A DNA stretch of 64,000 bases. It comes from the human T2T-CHM13v2.0 reference genome, Homo sapiens. The notes under the pieces are model-generated. The model searched no databases and had not been told where the DNA came from. It worked only from the letters and a program-made list of their open reading frames with translations. The translations under genes and the position numbers were made by a program. The DNA lies in assembly GCF_009914755.1 (NCBI RefSeq), contig NC_060928.1. One strand, 5' to 3'. Shown in pieces: positions 12,724 to 26,716 of the stretch (positions are counted from its first letter, which is position 1; every line of letters starts with the position of its first letter).

Positions 12724-13106
12724 TGTAAGATTCTCCCTGGGGTCTGAAAGCTTAAGGAGAAGAATAATTCCTCCTTTCTCAGGCCCAGTCCCAAGGTGCA
12801 AGACCACTTGCATCAGCAGCGAGCGTCAGCAAGAAGAAGCAGCAGGAAGACAGGCAGCTGAAAGACACCACCCTGGCCGGAAGACACGTACCCCTGAAGA
12901 TCTGAAGATCGAGAAAGAGGCCATCCAGGTACAATGTAGCAGTTATGTCAGACTAGGACACTTCCTGTTTACAGGAGACTATAAAACCTTTGCCCTATCC
13001 TCACTTGGGGCACCTAGGTGCTCATCAAAACAGCATGTTGCTCCACACCGCCTCGTGTTGTCTGTTGGCATGCTCTTGGGGTTCTAACCGATACAAGAAT
13101 ATTATA
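12724..13106 (+). repeat. 3' LTR (MER48-like)
   Basis: Homologous to 5949-6341; TATAAAA intact near 12980; terminal CA mutated to TA; followed by TSD GCAAA. Confidence 0.9.
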
Positions 13107-13460
13107 GCAAAGAACTACTCATGAATCAGACAACCCTCGGAACCAGAAGAGGTTCATAGAGCTCTGTTTTGCAATAGGCAGGCAACATTTGTGGAAAGAA
13201 GATGGAAGTGAGTTACAGAAACAGCCTGATTGGTTACAGCTTGGGGGTTTGCCTTATTTGAACATGGTCTGATCAGTTGGCTGCCTATGATTGATTAAAG
13301 CTTAGCTGGTGTTATTGGCTGAGACAGCTATTTGTTACAAAAGTATACTCCTCAGTTAGGTTTTTAGTTAGTTTATGTACTGAGTTAGATGCAGTTCCTT
13401 ACATAGGGACTCAGAGTCCCTATGAACTGGAGCCTCAGGCCAGATTTAATTTAATTTAAC
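13107..13460 (-). mobile_element. MER57-like ERV1 LTR, main piece
   Basis: Several tgattgg (reverse CCAAT) motifs; ends caggccagatttaatttaatttaac, the reverse complement of a tgttaaattaa...gcct type start. Confidence 0.7.
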
Positions 13461-13909
13461 GATTTATTATTAAATATTGTTAAATTTGTTCCCGTTTTAT
13501 ATATAGCTTTTCTGTTTTAAATACACTCTTCTTCAGTTCAAGAACATTATCTTGACTTTTTTTTTCCCAGCCTTCCCCCCACCATATAGGACTTGGTGCA
13601 GTAATAAGCACACATTTATTTAATTTTGTATATTAGGATATTTTCACATCCTTAAAGGCAATATATAAAATAAGCATTGATGATGTACTTTATGTAAAAC
13701 AAAGAGTCAGATGTTTGCTTGAATAAACAATTTAACATCTTATAGTAGGTTAATATGAGACTGTGTTATTCAAAAAGCAAGTAGAAATAACTTATAATTA
13801 CAATGTACCATTATGTGGAGTTGTTGATTCTGCAGCACTGAATACATAAACATTTACTGAACATTGATTATATTCGCACCCCTGCGTTAGTTTATTTTGT
13901 TTAGTTTCG

Positions 13910-14180
13910 AAGAGCTTTATTGAGATACAACTCATGTATCATACTTTCATCTATGTAAATTGTGAAATTCTATGTTTCCAATTATATTCACAGGTTTGAG
14001 TAAGCATCATCACAATCTCATTTTAAAATATTGTTATCTCCCTTAAAAAATTACCCATTAGCTGTTACTCCCTATTCTCTCACACAGACAATCTCGTAAC
14101 TCCTAATCTAAGCAACCATAATATAGGTACTCTATAGATTTGCCTATTTTTGTCACTTCATAGAAATGAAAACATATGAA
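13910..14180 (-). mobile_element. L1MB-type 3' end fragment
   Basis: agctttattgagatacaactca...cccattagc...atagatttgcctatttt...catagaaatgaa. Confidence 0.7.
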
Positions 14181-14536
14181 GCACATACAAGTTTCTAGTA
14201 GGTTTAGCTTAAGATATTGATGAATTGTTTTATATATTTCTATAGATTATTTCCAATTTCTCCATTCTCTTCAAATACCTAACCTTTTCACTTTCAGCAG
14301 ATGTCTTTGATTCCTCCTTTAAGAAGGAAATAGAAATATCAGAAAAGGGTTTTCCAACCTCCTTCTGCCAAACTTAGCAACTTACAAGCAGTGATAGAAT
14401 TTTTTCTCATTCTTTTTTGTTGTAATATACATTTTCCCTCTATTGTCCTTAAATGTTGTGGCTCCTGAATGTTAGATTTGTTTTTCTCATTCTATTCTCT
14501 GACTTTATTTATCTTATAGTATAGTAACTTCAAAAT

Positions 14537-14545
14537 GTATATATA

Positions 14546-14583
<38 letters not shown>
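14537..14583. repeat. Compound (TA)/(TG)/(TA)n microsatellite
   Basis: Read directly from sequence. Confidence 0.95.
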
Positions 14584-14586
<3 letters not shown>

Positions 14587-14756
14587 TTATTATAGCAACT
14601 CCACTTACAACACACTTAAAACTCAATTCAAAATCTATTCCATATATATTGTATCTATTGTTCCACAATTATTAAATAATAACTATCCATACAGCTGCAC
14701 AGGGTCAAAATCTACCTTGACCAATATATTTTAAAGTCCAGTATATTAAAGTCCAG

Positions 14757-15540
14757 GAATAATTATATAGAGACAAAACCTCTGCCTCTAATTAAATTAC
14801 ATTCTGGTGCAGATGGTATTTATTAACCAAATATTTATGTGCATAAATATATTTAAAGTTTGTATCAAGCACTTTGTAGGAAAAGAGTAGAGTGCCATGA
14901 ATGCAAATCAAGGGACATGACCTAGTCCAGGCAATCGGGGAAAGTTTCCCCTGAGGGAACAATATTAAGTCAAGGCCTAAAAGGGGAGATGACAAAAAAT
15001 AGCAGATGAGTAGTGGCTTTGCATAGTATCACATACCCTTAGGTCAAGGGAATTGAGCCTTGTGGATTAATGATAGGGATTCATAAATGAAAACTGTGGC
15101 AGTTGCCAGAATTATGGAAAACAGACCATGGGCAGCCAACAATGAATAAATATCAGATCATATTTTACTATTGCTCCCAGAAAAAAAAAAAAAGATATTC
15201 AACATAGCATAAGAATGTCATGACCAAACTGGCCTTTCCTTTAGTCTCCAGACACTGTATTTTTTCATCTACTTAATATGCCCCTACTCATCTGCTATTT
15301 TTTTGTCGTCTTCCTTTTAGGCCTTAACCTCACATCATTCCGTCAGGGAAACTTTCCCTGATTGCCTTGGCTAGGTCAAGTCCCTTTATTTGCATTCATG
15401 GTACTCTACTCTTTTCCTACATAGCGCTTAATACAGTCTTTAAATATATTTACACACATAAATATGTGGTTAATAAATACCATCTGCACCAGAATGTAAT
15501 TTAGGTAGAGGCAGAGATTTTTGTCTCTCTATAATTATTC
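14757..15540. repeat. Long inverted repeat: arms 14757-15017 and 15280-15540
   Basis: aaattacattctggtgcagatggtatttattaacca at about 14794 is the exact reverse complement of tggttaataaataccatctgcaccagaatgtaattt at about 15467; arms align end to end at roughly 87% by eye. Confidence 0.95.
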
Positions 15541-15647
15541 ATTTGCCAGACATATTACACATATAATACGTATTTTTGAAATGGATTCATTAATGAAGGA
15601 ATAGCTACAAAATTATGGTTTGAATCCATTTCATTCTATCTATCAAG

Positions 15648-15649
<2 letters not shown>

Positions 15650-15680
<31 letters not shown>

Positions 15681-15695
15681 ATGTATGTGTGTGTG
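15650..15695. repeat. (TG)n microsatellite
   Basis: Read directly from sequence. Confidence 0.95.
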
Positions 15696-16006
15696 GGTAA
15701 ATATCTGCCGACGTTTTCTGTTCAGTATCATTAGTCTTTTGAGGCTTAGGGCACAGGAACGCAACAATAATTGATTTGAAAAGCTGCATAAGTTACACTA
15801 CCTGAATGTTCATTGCTATTTCATTATTAGAAAACATACCCTTAGTTATTCTTTCCAGTTTCCCTGGGGTAGGAGGAGATCAGGTAAAAAGAAAAAAAGA
15901 GCAAACCTTCTATTTTTGCATATTCTTGTTCAATAGACATGCCAAAGAACAAAAAGTACCTCCTGATCACTAGAAAATGTTGAATATTCATTTTGGAGTT
16001 ATGTAA

Positions 16007-16331
<325 letters not shown>

Positions 16332-16807
16332 TAGAAAGCTGATTTTTATAATAAAAATTATTAGCAAGTCTATGAAGAAAAAATAAATCAGACAAGAGTA
16401 ATAAAATATTATGATTAGATACCCACTTTTCAGAAAAAGAGTATCTAATCAGTAATTTTAAAATTAGCAATAAGGAACAAGTGAATTCCTTAATTTTAGT
16501 TACATATCAAATAGTTTCTATTATTCAAAGAAAACCTATTTTAAAAATATATTTTATTCACTTTTACGTTAAAAGAATAGTACAAATTGAAAAGAAACTA
16601 AATTTTGCTAAAATTGGAAAACTATGAAAAATAACATTGGAGGTATATTTTCACATTTTCACAGAGAAACAGTTATTTTTTCTGTGAAATATAACCATAT
16701 ATATAACCTAATGTACATAAAAAGCCATAAACCATGTATATAACCATGTATGTATAAAATTACCAAAATTATACACACACTCACATATATACATATATAT
16801 ATGTAAA

Positions 16808-17070
16808 TTTTAGAGACAGGACCTTGCTCTGTCACCCAATCTGGGGTGCAGTGGTGCAATAATGGCTCACTACAGCCCTCCCACCTCAGTTTCCCAAGTA
16901 GCTGTGACCACAGGCATGTGCCACCATTATTGGCTATTTTTTATTTTTTTTCGTAGACATGAGGTCTTGTTCTCTTGGCCAGGCTGGTCTCCAACTTCGC
17001 CTGAAGCGATTCTCCCACCTTGGTACCCCAAAGTGCTGGGATTACAGACATAAGCCACCACACCCAGGCT
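16808..17070 (-). mobile_element. AluJ-type SINE with a small internal deletion
   Basis: agagacaggaccttgctctgtcaccc...ataatggctcactacagcc|ctcccacctcag; flanked by a TA-rich ataaccat-type repeat at 16690-16805. Confidence 0.9.
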
Positions 17071-19479
17071 GTTATATATTTAAATAGCATTTTAGCACAT
17101 AAAATAAGATGACTATTGATATAAAATGGCAAAACTCACTGAATAAATGTTGCAGTTGCTGAAAGTTATTGTAAGTCTATGGTGAACATCACTTTTATAC
17201 AAAAAGTCATTATTTAAAAATATGAAAAATCACCATAGCCTGTGTAAAATATTAGGTCCGTGCTCTGTCCATATTCACAATGCAGCCTTAAGGTTCAGGT
17301 CCTGAATTCACTGTGTTTATTTTTTTTTCCTACTTTATCTATCTTCTTCTTTCTGCCTGAAAGCTTTCTATAAGTGTTGAGCTAGATTTACTTGAGACTT
17401 TGTGGTGGAGATAAACTGCTAAGTTTATTTTGCTGTGTTTAAGATATGGTAATAGAGAATATACATCTAATTTATTTACTCAAAGAAAGAAAGCTTCCAG
17501 CTGAAAATGATGCCAGGCTGAGGTTGGAAGAGTTAATTTGACCAATGATGTGTGTTTTAGAAAAATGAGAATAAAAAGGGAAGGAAATTCCAGAAATACA
17601 ATATGTGTGGCTGTGATATATATTGGAAAAACACAGACAACATTATAAAATATAAAATGCAAACTATGGTAAAACCCAAAACCTGCAGCATCTTGCATAA
17701 CTTAGCTCAAAAACAACCAGCATGTTCTAAACAGAGGATTGATTTATGTTTTATAACTCTCTATGAACAGTGTAGTCATCAGAAGTCAGGGGACAAGGTG
17801 GCAAAAAAAATCCACTTCTGGGGTATTTTTAATGATCCAAGTGTGAGCTTAAAATGAAGCAGTTATTGTGGTGCTGGAGAAAGGTAACAGCTTTTAAGAT
17901 GAAAAATTGCTATGGGTTTGCATTAATTTTACTCTTGCCAAATTTATTTTCAGAGTAGAACAGCAGACAATTTTTGGCTTAGGTAATTAAGTGGATAGGA
18001 ACATTAAACGTAGGTGAAATAATAGAAATCCAGTTATTTAACTCCAGGGGAAATTGTAATTGTTTACTAAAATTCGGAGTTACATGCCTTAAATTCCTTA
18101 AAGAAGGCATTTCTTTTTGGCTTATGGACTCAGACATACTTTTATAGGCACAATAGGTATTAATATTTTGAGTGACTATATTCTACATTGAATAAAAACA
18201 AACAAAAAATCTTTCTAGCACTCTTAATTGTTTTGTGTTTGTGGTTGTAATACTATACTTTTCTTATTCAATTAGGAATAGTGAAATATATCAATTCATT
18301 TTTTGCTCTGTCTTAAAACAATTTGAGATACATTACAATAGTAGACACACTCAGAGTGTGTCTATTAAAGAGTAGCAGAGAATAAATCCACAAAAAAGGA
18401 AAAAGTAAATAAACATAAAAATATACGCAGAAAATTGGAATTATGCCTCAGTACCTCTAAGGCCACCAAGTTCAATTTTTTTCCTGGCTAAAGCAAGAAT
18501 GTTCTCTAATTAATGGCTTTGTTATTTTTCCATACTTGGTATGTTGTTGATGTGAACAATTCAGCACTTGCTTTTGACCCCTAAGATGACCAGAAAAATA
18601 GATTTGAAGCCATTGCTGTGGCTCATCTCACAGAATCTTTGCTATGAGGATTTTCCTATCAAATGTGTGAAGTGTGCTGAAATAATCTCACCAGGGGACA
18701 TGGAGTCTTTGTGTTCTCAAAATATTCAGTTCTGTCTTTCTAAAAGGATATTCTCAGAGAAGCCTGATCTCACTGCCATTGTTAAGATATGTGATTGCCT
18801 GAGTATTTCAAAGTTACTTTCATGAGACACTTTGGTCCCCCATTTCAATCCCCAAAATAAGGAAATCTTCCCCTTATGCCTCCCAAGTATCAAGGTGACT
18901 AAGGAACTATAAAAAGAACTTTGAGGAGATATATAGATGCACCTTTAAAACTTCAGGCTCTAAAGCCTGTTTATCTAAATCATAATGTCATAATAACATT
19001 AAGCAACTTGTCCAAGGTCATGCATTTGTCATATAAAATAATGAAAACCATATTCAGCCTGCTCCTCCTCCAGAGCCTAAAATCTTGCCAGTATGTTAGA
19101 CTGCCTTAAGTTTATTGCTTGTAACATTATATTCACAAGTGGCACAAAATTAATGGGGTTAAGAGATCTTATTTGAAAGTACTGGCTACCGTACCATCAT
19201 CTTAAAGATTAACATCAATAGTTATTATATTAAAATCTCTCAGTCCCCTAAGGACAATGCTTATATAACATTCCCATGTCACAGCTTTGTTTGTCTTTTC
19301 TGTACCCTTCATACCACCAGGCCTGCACTGGGGTTTAAAATCTTCCTTTCTCCTCATAGCTGCTTCCAGATCATTCTTCTTCCGTTCTCTATATAAATAC
19401 AGATTTAATTTCATCATCAGTGTACGTAATTTGTCCTATGTTTACATTTTTTAACCATCATAACATTCCACCTCACACC

Positions 19480-20785
19480 TTCCATACATCAATTCCTATA
19501 TTATGTAAGCCACATTGAGATGTATAATACACTGAACCTACCACATTGTTATTCTCTCCCATCCTTCATCCTCCTTTCCTTTTTATAAAACTAAGATTCC
19601 CTGGTTCATGATAATGAATGAAACACTCTTGTTCTTAATTGTTTTATGAATATTACCTGGCAAAACCAGAATCCTATTCATATCTTCTTCTACCTATTTT
19701 GTGCCTGAACCCACACAATAGCTGACAGTGGTTGGAGAATAATCCATAATCACATTAATTGGTCTTATTTTAAAATCATAATGATTAACTTTATATAGGC
19801 AAACTATTCTACTTTTTTATTCTCTTCTTGGATTTTTTACTATCCTTTTCTGATTTTGACACTCAACTGGCAACCTTGCTTTCTACTTTAAAAAGTATAC
19901 ATGTAATGGAAATGAAATCTCAAAGAGCAATTTACCTCACCTACTTGCATTCATATCCACAAATTCTGCCTTCATTCCTGCTACTATGATGAAATATCAT
20001 GCCTGGTATTTGTCAACCTGTCTGCTTGGACACTAGGTACCCTTTCCCCAGGCTTATTTAGGGTGATAGTTCTTGCAAGTCTCCCCTGACTGCTATAATC
20101 AAAATTTCAGTATCTACTAAATCATTCCTATCAGCAAAAGTACGGTATTGTCAAAGTTCTTTTCTTTTGTAAAACACAAATATCTTTTTATCTCACATGG
20201 CCTGTTTCTGTTTCCCTGAATAGCAAACTTTTTCCAAAGATGATCTATGCTCACTCAAGTCAAATCCTCTCTCGCCTACTTTCTGAATCCTATCATTTCA
20301 CAAAAGAGCTCTTTATAAGACAAAAAAAAAAAAAAACCCTCCAAATTAACAAATACAATGGTAAATTTAACATGCGTAACTTATTTGGTCAATCTGAACA
20401 ATTTGGTGTAGTCAGCCACTTCCTTTTATTTGATGTACATTTATTTTTCATTGACTTCCAAGATACCATACTCTACTGGATTTATTCTGATCTCTCCTTC
20501 TCAGTTACAATGACTGGTCACTGACCTCAAAAAGTTGAAAGGTCCAGGGTCTTATTCTTGAGATCTTTCCCCATATTTCTCTACACTTACTCATACACTT
20601 GGTGTTATTGTTCAGACAAAAGCTTTTAAATACTGTTCATATACTGACAACAATCAGGTTTAGATTTCAGGCCTAGACCATTACCTCTGAGTTCCAAACT
20701 CAAATGTTTAACTAGTTATCTACATTAACTTACATATTTAGTATGCATTTTAATCATAACATGACCAAAACTAAACTGACAGGAT
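19480..20785 (+). mobile_element. L2 fragments
   Basis: ccttgctttctactt, gtcagccacttcctt, ctctactggattt, cctctgagttccaaactca, aacatgaccaaaactaaact: collinear L2 motifs. Confidence 0.6.
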
Positions 20786-20978
20786 TTCTTCTCTTGGTTG
20801 TTTTTAGCTAACACATAAATTACTTTTTCCATCCTTTTATTGCTAATGTTTAATTTCCCATGTTAAATAATTTTCTGTTATCAAATCTGTGTGTGTGTAC
20901 AGATTTGTGTGCATGTGTGTGTATACACACCTATATATATTTGTATATGTACATATATATACACATACACACAAAATC

Positions 20979-21397
20979 TGTGGTAGAAAGAATAATATTC
21001 ACCACCCACAGTGACTTGGCATATATTAATTAAAGTTCACGAGATGGGGAGATTATACTGGGTTGTCTAGATCACCCAATGTATTCATAATAGTCATGAT
21101 AGTAGGCGGGCAGGAGAGTCACAGTCAGAGAAGGATATGAGGCTACAAAAAAAAAGTCAGAGTGATTCAGCCACAAGCTATGAAATATGAGTAACCTTTA
21201 GAGCCTGGAAATGTCAAGGATCAGATTCTTCCCTAGAGCACCCAGAGAGGTTTTAGTTTTGCCAACACATTGATTTTCACTCTGTAAGATCCATTTCAGG
21301 TTTCTGACCTCCAGGACTACATGACAATAAATTTGTTTCATTTTAAGCCACAAAATCAGTGGTAATTTCCTGCAGCAGCAGTAGAAAACTAATGCCA
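20979..21397 (+). mobile_element. MaLR LTR (MLT1D-like)
   Basis: tgtggtagaaagaataat...gagatggggagattat...ttctgacctccaggact...aataaatttgtttcattttaagccac...gcagcagtagaaaactaat. Confidence 0.85.
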
Positions 21398-21479
21398 ATT
21401 TTTTTATCTATTTCTATTTTTCTATCATCTTTTTATACTTATTAATCTAGTCAAGATTTTTACTAACATTTATTTATAT

Positions 21480-21655
21480 CTTAATATATACCTTGCTCTG
21501 CTTTAAATATGTGACAAATGTTAACTTATTTTCATGTTTTGTAAAGCATTCTAACAGTCTTATGAGAGAGGCAACATTGTAAGGCCCATTACAGAGATGA
21601 AACTAAGGCACAAAGACATACAGCAATCTTACCAGAGTTAAAAAATGGGTAAGTT
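21480..21655 (-). mobile_element. MIR fragment
   Basis: cccattacagagatgaaactaaggcacaaaga MIR core. Confidence 0.6.
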
Positions 21656-24600
21656 CTTTGTTTATCTTGAATAGGCTATGGTCCTTTTACTCAAAGGTGC
21701 TTGCACTAGCTTTTCTGGCTGCCTGTTATAATCTTTTCTCAGGCCTCTAAATTTCTGACTCCTTGTAATTCTCATGTTAGTTTAGAGCTAACCTCTGCAA
21801 AAAGACCTTTCCTGGTGAAAGTAGTTTAGCAGTCATGTAGCCACACTTCCATTCTGTCCAATCATTGCATTTATTACTACCTGGCTTTGGTGTTACTTGC
21901 TTTTTGTTGTTGTTTTAATATTTTGTTTCCCTCCATTAGAAGACAATTGCATGAAAACAGCCTATTTTTGTATTTTATCATTACTAACTTTGAGATTTAG
22001 TCGGCACTCGGAAATAATAGTTTATTATTTTGTAATCATCTGACTTTCAGTTTTTGTTTCTATTTATTTATTGGCAAATGTTTATTTTTTTAATATTCCC
22101 TTCCTTATTTCTCTGAAGGTAAGCAAATATGAAAAATATTTATTATCAGTTCGTAACAAGATAGAGAGGGTGATAGATGTAATAGATAACCACAAGTAAA
22201 ATTAAAGGTGTTAGGATTATCTAGGCTTCATTGGAGAATTGTTGTAATTATATCTCAGAGATAAAGTTGAATGTCTGGTCCTACACCCTTAATGGTAAGC
22301 CACTGCAATTTTGTATGTAGAGCTAATATGACCAGTTTTATGTTTTATAAAAGTAATCTCATACAGTTTGTAAAATGATGTGGAATAGACAAAATGAAAA
22401 TAAATTAATGCATGGATGTATCTCTATGAAGGCTGTGAGGCTAACATGGAACATGACAAACACATAACATTTAGTGCATGAAATTTACTGTATTCCCATT
22501 TATAGGGCATTAAGTTCTGAAGATTACCATGGGTACTCATCTACAAAATACAAACTACACCTGTAAAAGATAAACAGCATCTTCAACTCACAAGCACTTG
22601 AGGGTGTTAGAAAGTTAGTAGTTGAAGTCATGAGCTTTTAGCTGTAACTGGTGTATTGATGATTTTATACGAGAAATATTTGAAACCATGATCACATATA
22701 CACATACATAAGAAATAACAGCATCTATTTATTTATACCATCAGGTAAACACATCTACCTTCCACAGTGAACTTACTGTGAATACTGACTTTCATTATAA
22801 AATTGTTATTATGGACAATTGCAACATAGCAAGAAAGTGAGTATTCAGTCACTAATTAAGTATAATGTAAGGCACAAATGTACTCATTTTCTCCCAAAAC
22901 TCATTTACTAAGAACATACTATGCACTAGTCAGGCACTTTACTAGTCAATGTGGTTCTGACAATAATATGCTAAATACCTTCACGAAATCCATGGTTTTG
23001 TAACATAGTTGGACCAACATAGGAAGCAATTACAACACAAAATGATTGGTCTCATAAAAGTTGATGTTTTAAGAGTATACAGTAGAGGCAAGTGATGTTT
23101 TCAGAAGAAAATGGTTTTCAAAGTGCAGCCTAGACAAATAATAATTAAGAGTTATTATGCTGAAGATGGGGGAGTTAAAAAGAGGAGTGTGTGAGAAGGA
23201 AAGTGTCCTGGTAAGAAATGAAATTATGTATTTAAACATGGTTTGAGCTTGGTAGCCAAGAAGGAACTTCCAAGAGATTCATACAGATGGTAAGCAAAAA
23301 GACAATAATGAAGGTCCACCCAAGCCATTGAAGAGTTTGTGTTTTGCCTCGGAGCGATGGTGTGCTAGTGATATAATGAGAAATCAAATAATGCTATTTA
23401 GTGTATGTTTATAAAATTGTTCTAGGGGCCATGTGCAAATTGATCTTCAACTCATTTTGTTTCCAGAAATCTTGGGTGTGTAAAGTATATAGTAATCGTT
23501 TTTAAATGAATAAAATAATATATTAATTAAGCATCTCCAGTGTGTTGTGCCTGGCACTAGGAATACATCAGAGAACAAGGCAGTCATGATCCATGTCCTT
23601 CTGAGCTTAGGATATTCTAGAGGCTGTCCAGCCAGCTGTTGAAAGTTTTCAGATCTGAACTCCAGAAACAAGACTTGGCTGTTGTTAAAAGTTAAGAAAG
23701 TCAGCTGTATAAATATCATAACAGAAAGAGTCAACATCGCTATCAATTAAATTATGACCCATAGATTTTACTTTTTAATTAAATTTAAAAGCAAAAAGCA
23801 ATGCATCTCATTTATATACATTTACATTGACTCAATTTTTGGCATATTAAATATAAATTTACATATAATTTTAACACAAACCAAATATTTATACATCTAC
23901 GTTGGGCATTTTCAACAACATCTCTCTAGACACATTCAAAATGACAATGTCAAATAGTTCTTGAATAAAAATTCATGAGACAGATGGTGTTGTGCCTGGA
24001 TGTAAACGTCAGGAGCCCTTAAATATCATTAAAGCACATAGATGACTTTTAGCAAGCTAATATTTGATATTATTCAGATGAACAATTCAGTCCTTCTATA
24101 CCAAATAACTTACAATATACCATTTATAATAGGAATCCACCTACATAATAATGAAAAATAAAAAACTTCAGGAGTACATAACTCGTGAGCAGGCCAAATT
24201 CTAAGTGCTAAAACATTGAGTAGTTTGGATATAAATAATACTTTATGATTAGTTGCCTGAAATTTTAAGATGCTATAAAATTATTCAAAATCTAGTAAAG
24301 CCCTACAGATATGACAAAAACACAAAGTGATATGGAATAAAAAGATTCGCTTTCTTATGTTATTTTGGTTGAGTTATAAACTAGTTTTGTGCTTTAAAGA
24401 GAAATCCCTAATAAACGGAAAAAATATAACAGATCATATCACCCTATATCATTTGCTGGGTGAATATATCAGGACAAGATGCATATCACGTAAGCCACTT
24501 TGCATGTGCCTATTTTTAAAAGGTGTCTAGGATGCTGTCTGACTTGTAAGTGAGCATTGGTATATTGGAAGCATAATAAATAAAATGGACTGGGAACAGA

Positions 24601-25859
24601 AACGTAAATATATTAAAATTTATTTTTATTACACATGATGCTTAACAGCTTTAAGAGTATTATTTCTTGTATTGCATTCAATATCACAAGAGAGTTATTC
24701 ATATTGTGTGAAAGTGAAGGTTTCTACAATGGTTTGACTTTAATGTTCAATATATGGTCCCAGAGGTAGTTTTATTTAGAGGTTGCTTCTTCATGCACTT
24801 CATTGTTACCTGAGCTGACCTGATTTAACAAGGATGAAATGAAATTTCCTGGGATCTGCTCTACTTTTATTTGTTTGTTTGAAATTTTTGTTTCCTTTTT
24901 TGATGTCATCATTACTAGATGTTCAATGCCCCAATTCTTTCCCTGATGTTCAACAAAACTATCACTTCATTCGATTCTGTAACACTATTGAAATGTTAGC
25001 CTTGTGAGGACAGTGACTGTGTTTTTATTGTTTGTTTGTTTCCTGTGGTATCACTAGCACTCAGGTGCATATTTATTACTGTCTTAACTTCATCTGTCAG
25101 TATAAACTAAGTTATGATAGTAATAAGTGACCACATAAAACTTCCTGGCTTATTATAATAAAGATTCAATTCTCGTTAATGCAACATGTTCCTAAGCAGC
25201 TATTTCCCTACTGCATGTCATCATTTCTCTGGGACCTTGGATGAAGAAGAAGCCTCTAAATAAAAAATTTCCAATCTTGTGACAGAGTAAAAAGTGACAT
25301 AGCAAACTATAAGTTCACTCTTAAATATTCAGCACAGAAGCTTTCACCCACATGATTGGTCACAGCAAATTATATGGCCATTTCTGAGTTCAACACAATA
25401 GAAATATATATTTTCCTCACAAAGAGTGGTCTTATAGAAAGTAAATTATAGTTTTGATCATCAGTAGTATAGTCTACAACACTAACCTATATTTACTAGA
25501 GACCCATTGAAAAATATTCATTTAGGACTATGGCTCATGAATACTATTAATCAAGTTTACGAAGTATGGCTCTGCAAACTGAACAATCAGTTTTAAAAGG
25601 TAGTAAGCCACAACCCATATGCTGTTCATTTGTTTTCTATGTCACTACAAACTCTCATGACCTCAAGTAGGCTTGTGTCTGGACTCAGCAAGCCTTGTCT
25701 TTGTTTTGATCCTGTCTAACCTGGAATTTGATATCTAACCCTCAGATTTTGAATTCCTTGTGAATGTGGGGTTTATGAAAGTCTTCTTGAAACATGTTCT
25801 TATAAACTCTGGCTTCATGACTACTCTTTCTATCAGCAAACTGGAATCTGTAAATTTAA

Positions 25860-26348
<489 letters not shown>

Positions 26349-26716
26349 AGATTATGCTATTCTTAACTGCCATACATTTTACATTTGAAATATAAATTAG
26401 AATATATTTCATGTGATTATACCAAAGCATATATTAATATGCAATTGGAGCATTAAATAGATTTGTCTTTTCTATAATGAAGAATACTCAGAGAACTCAC
26501 ATAACATATTTTCATAGCAATGTGATCATCTAGTAATGGCCCTCTTCATAGATCCTAATCACAAATGTTCATCACAGTTGTCAGCATTTGACAAAAACTT
26601 TGAAAATCAGTTATCCTTACAGATGTTATCTCATCAACTGCCTTAAATAATTTCATGTAACTTGATGTCATATTTTTCCTGCCTCGTCATCTCCCAGTCT
26701 TCTCCACTTAACAATT

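Larger units (their letters stand above)
5949..13106 (+). mobile_element. ERV1 provirus, HERVH48/HERV-Fb type, with two LTRs, decayed gag-pro-pol and partial env
   Basis: Direct-repeat LTRs 5949-6341 and 12724-13106; TSD GCAAA at 5944-5948 and 13107-13111; gag, pro, RT, RNase H, IN and TM motifs in order. Confidence 0.92.
14250..15600 (+). mobile_element. Decayed L2 fragments, interrupted by an inverted copy of its own 3' part
   Basis: L2-like motifs cacttaaactcaa, ccttgacc, gcagcc...cagatcat, gaggcagagatttttgtct, and a gaatg-like tail near 15580. Confidence 0.55.

Noticed and set aside
5949-13106. Call as HERV-H/LTR7, or as a coding-competent suppressyn-like gene
   Set aside because: The LTR resembles MER48 and the PBS is Phe-like rather than His; SU is missing and all frames carry stops
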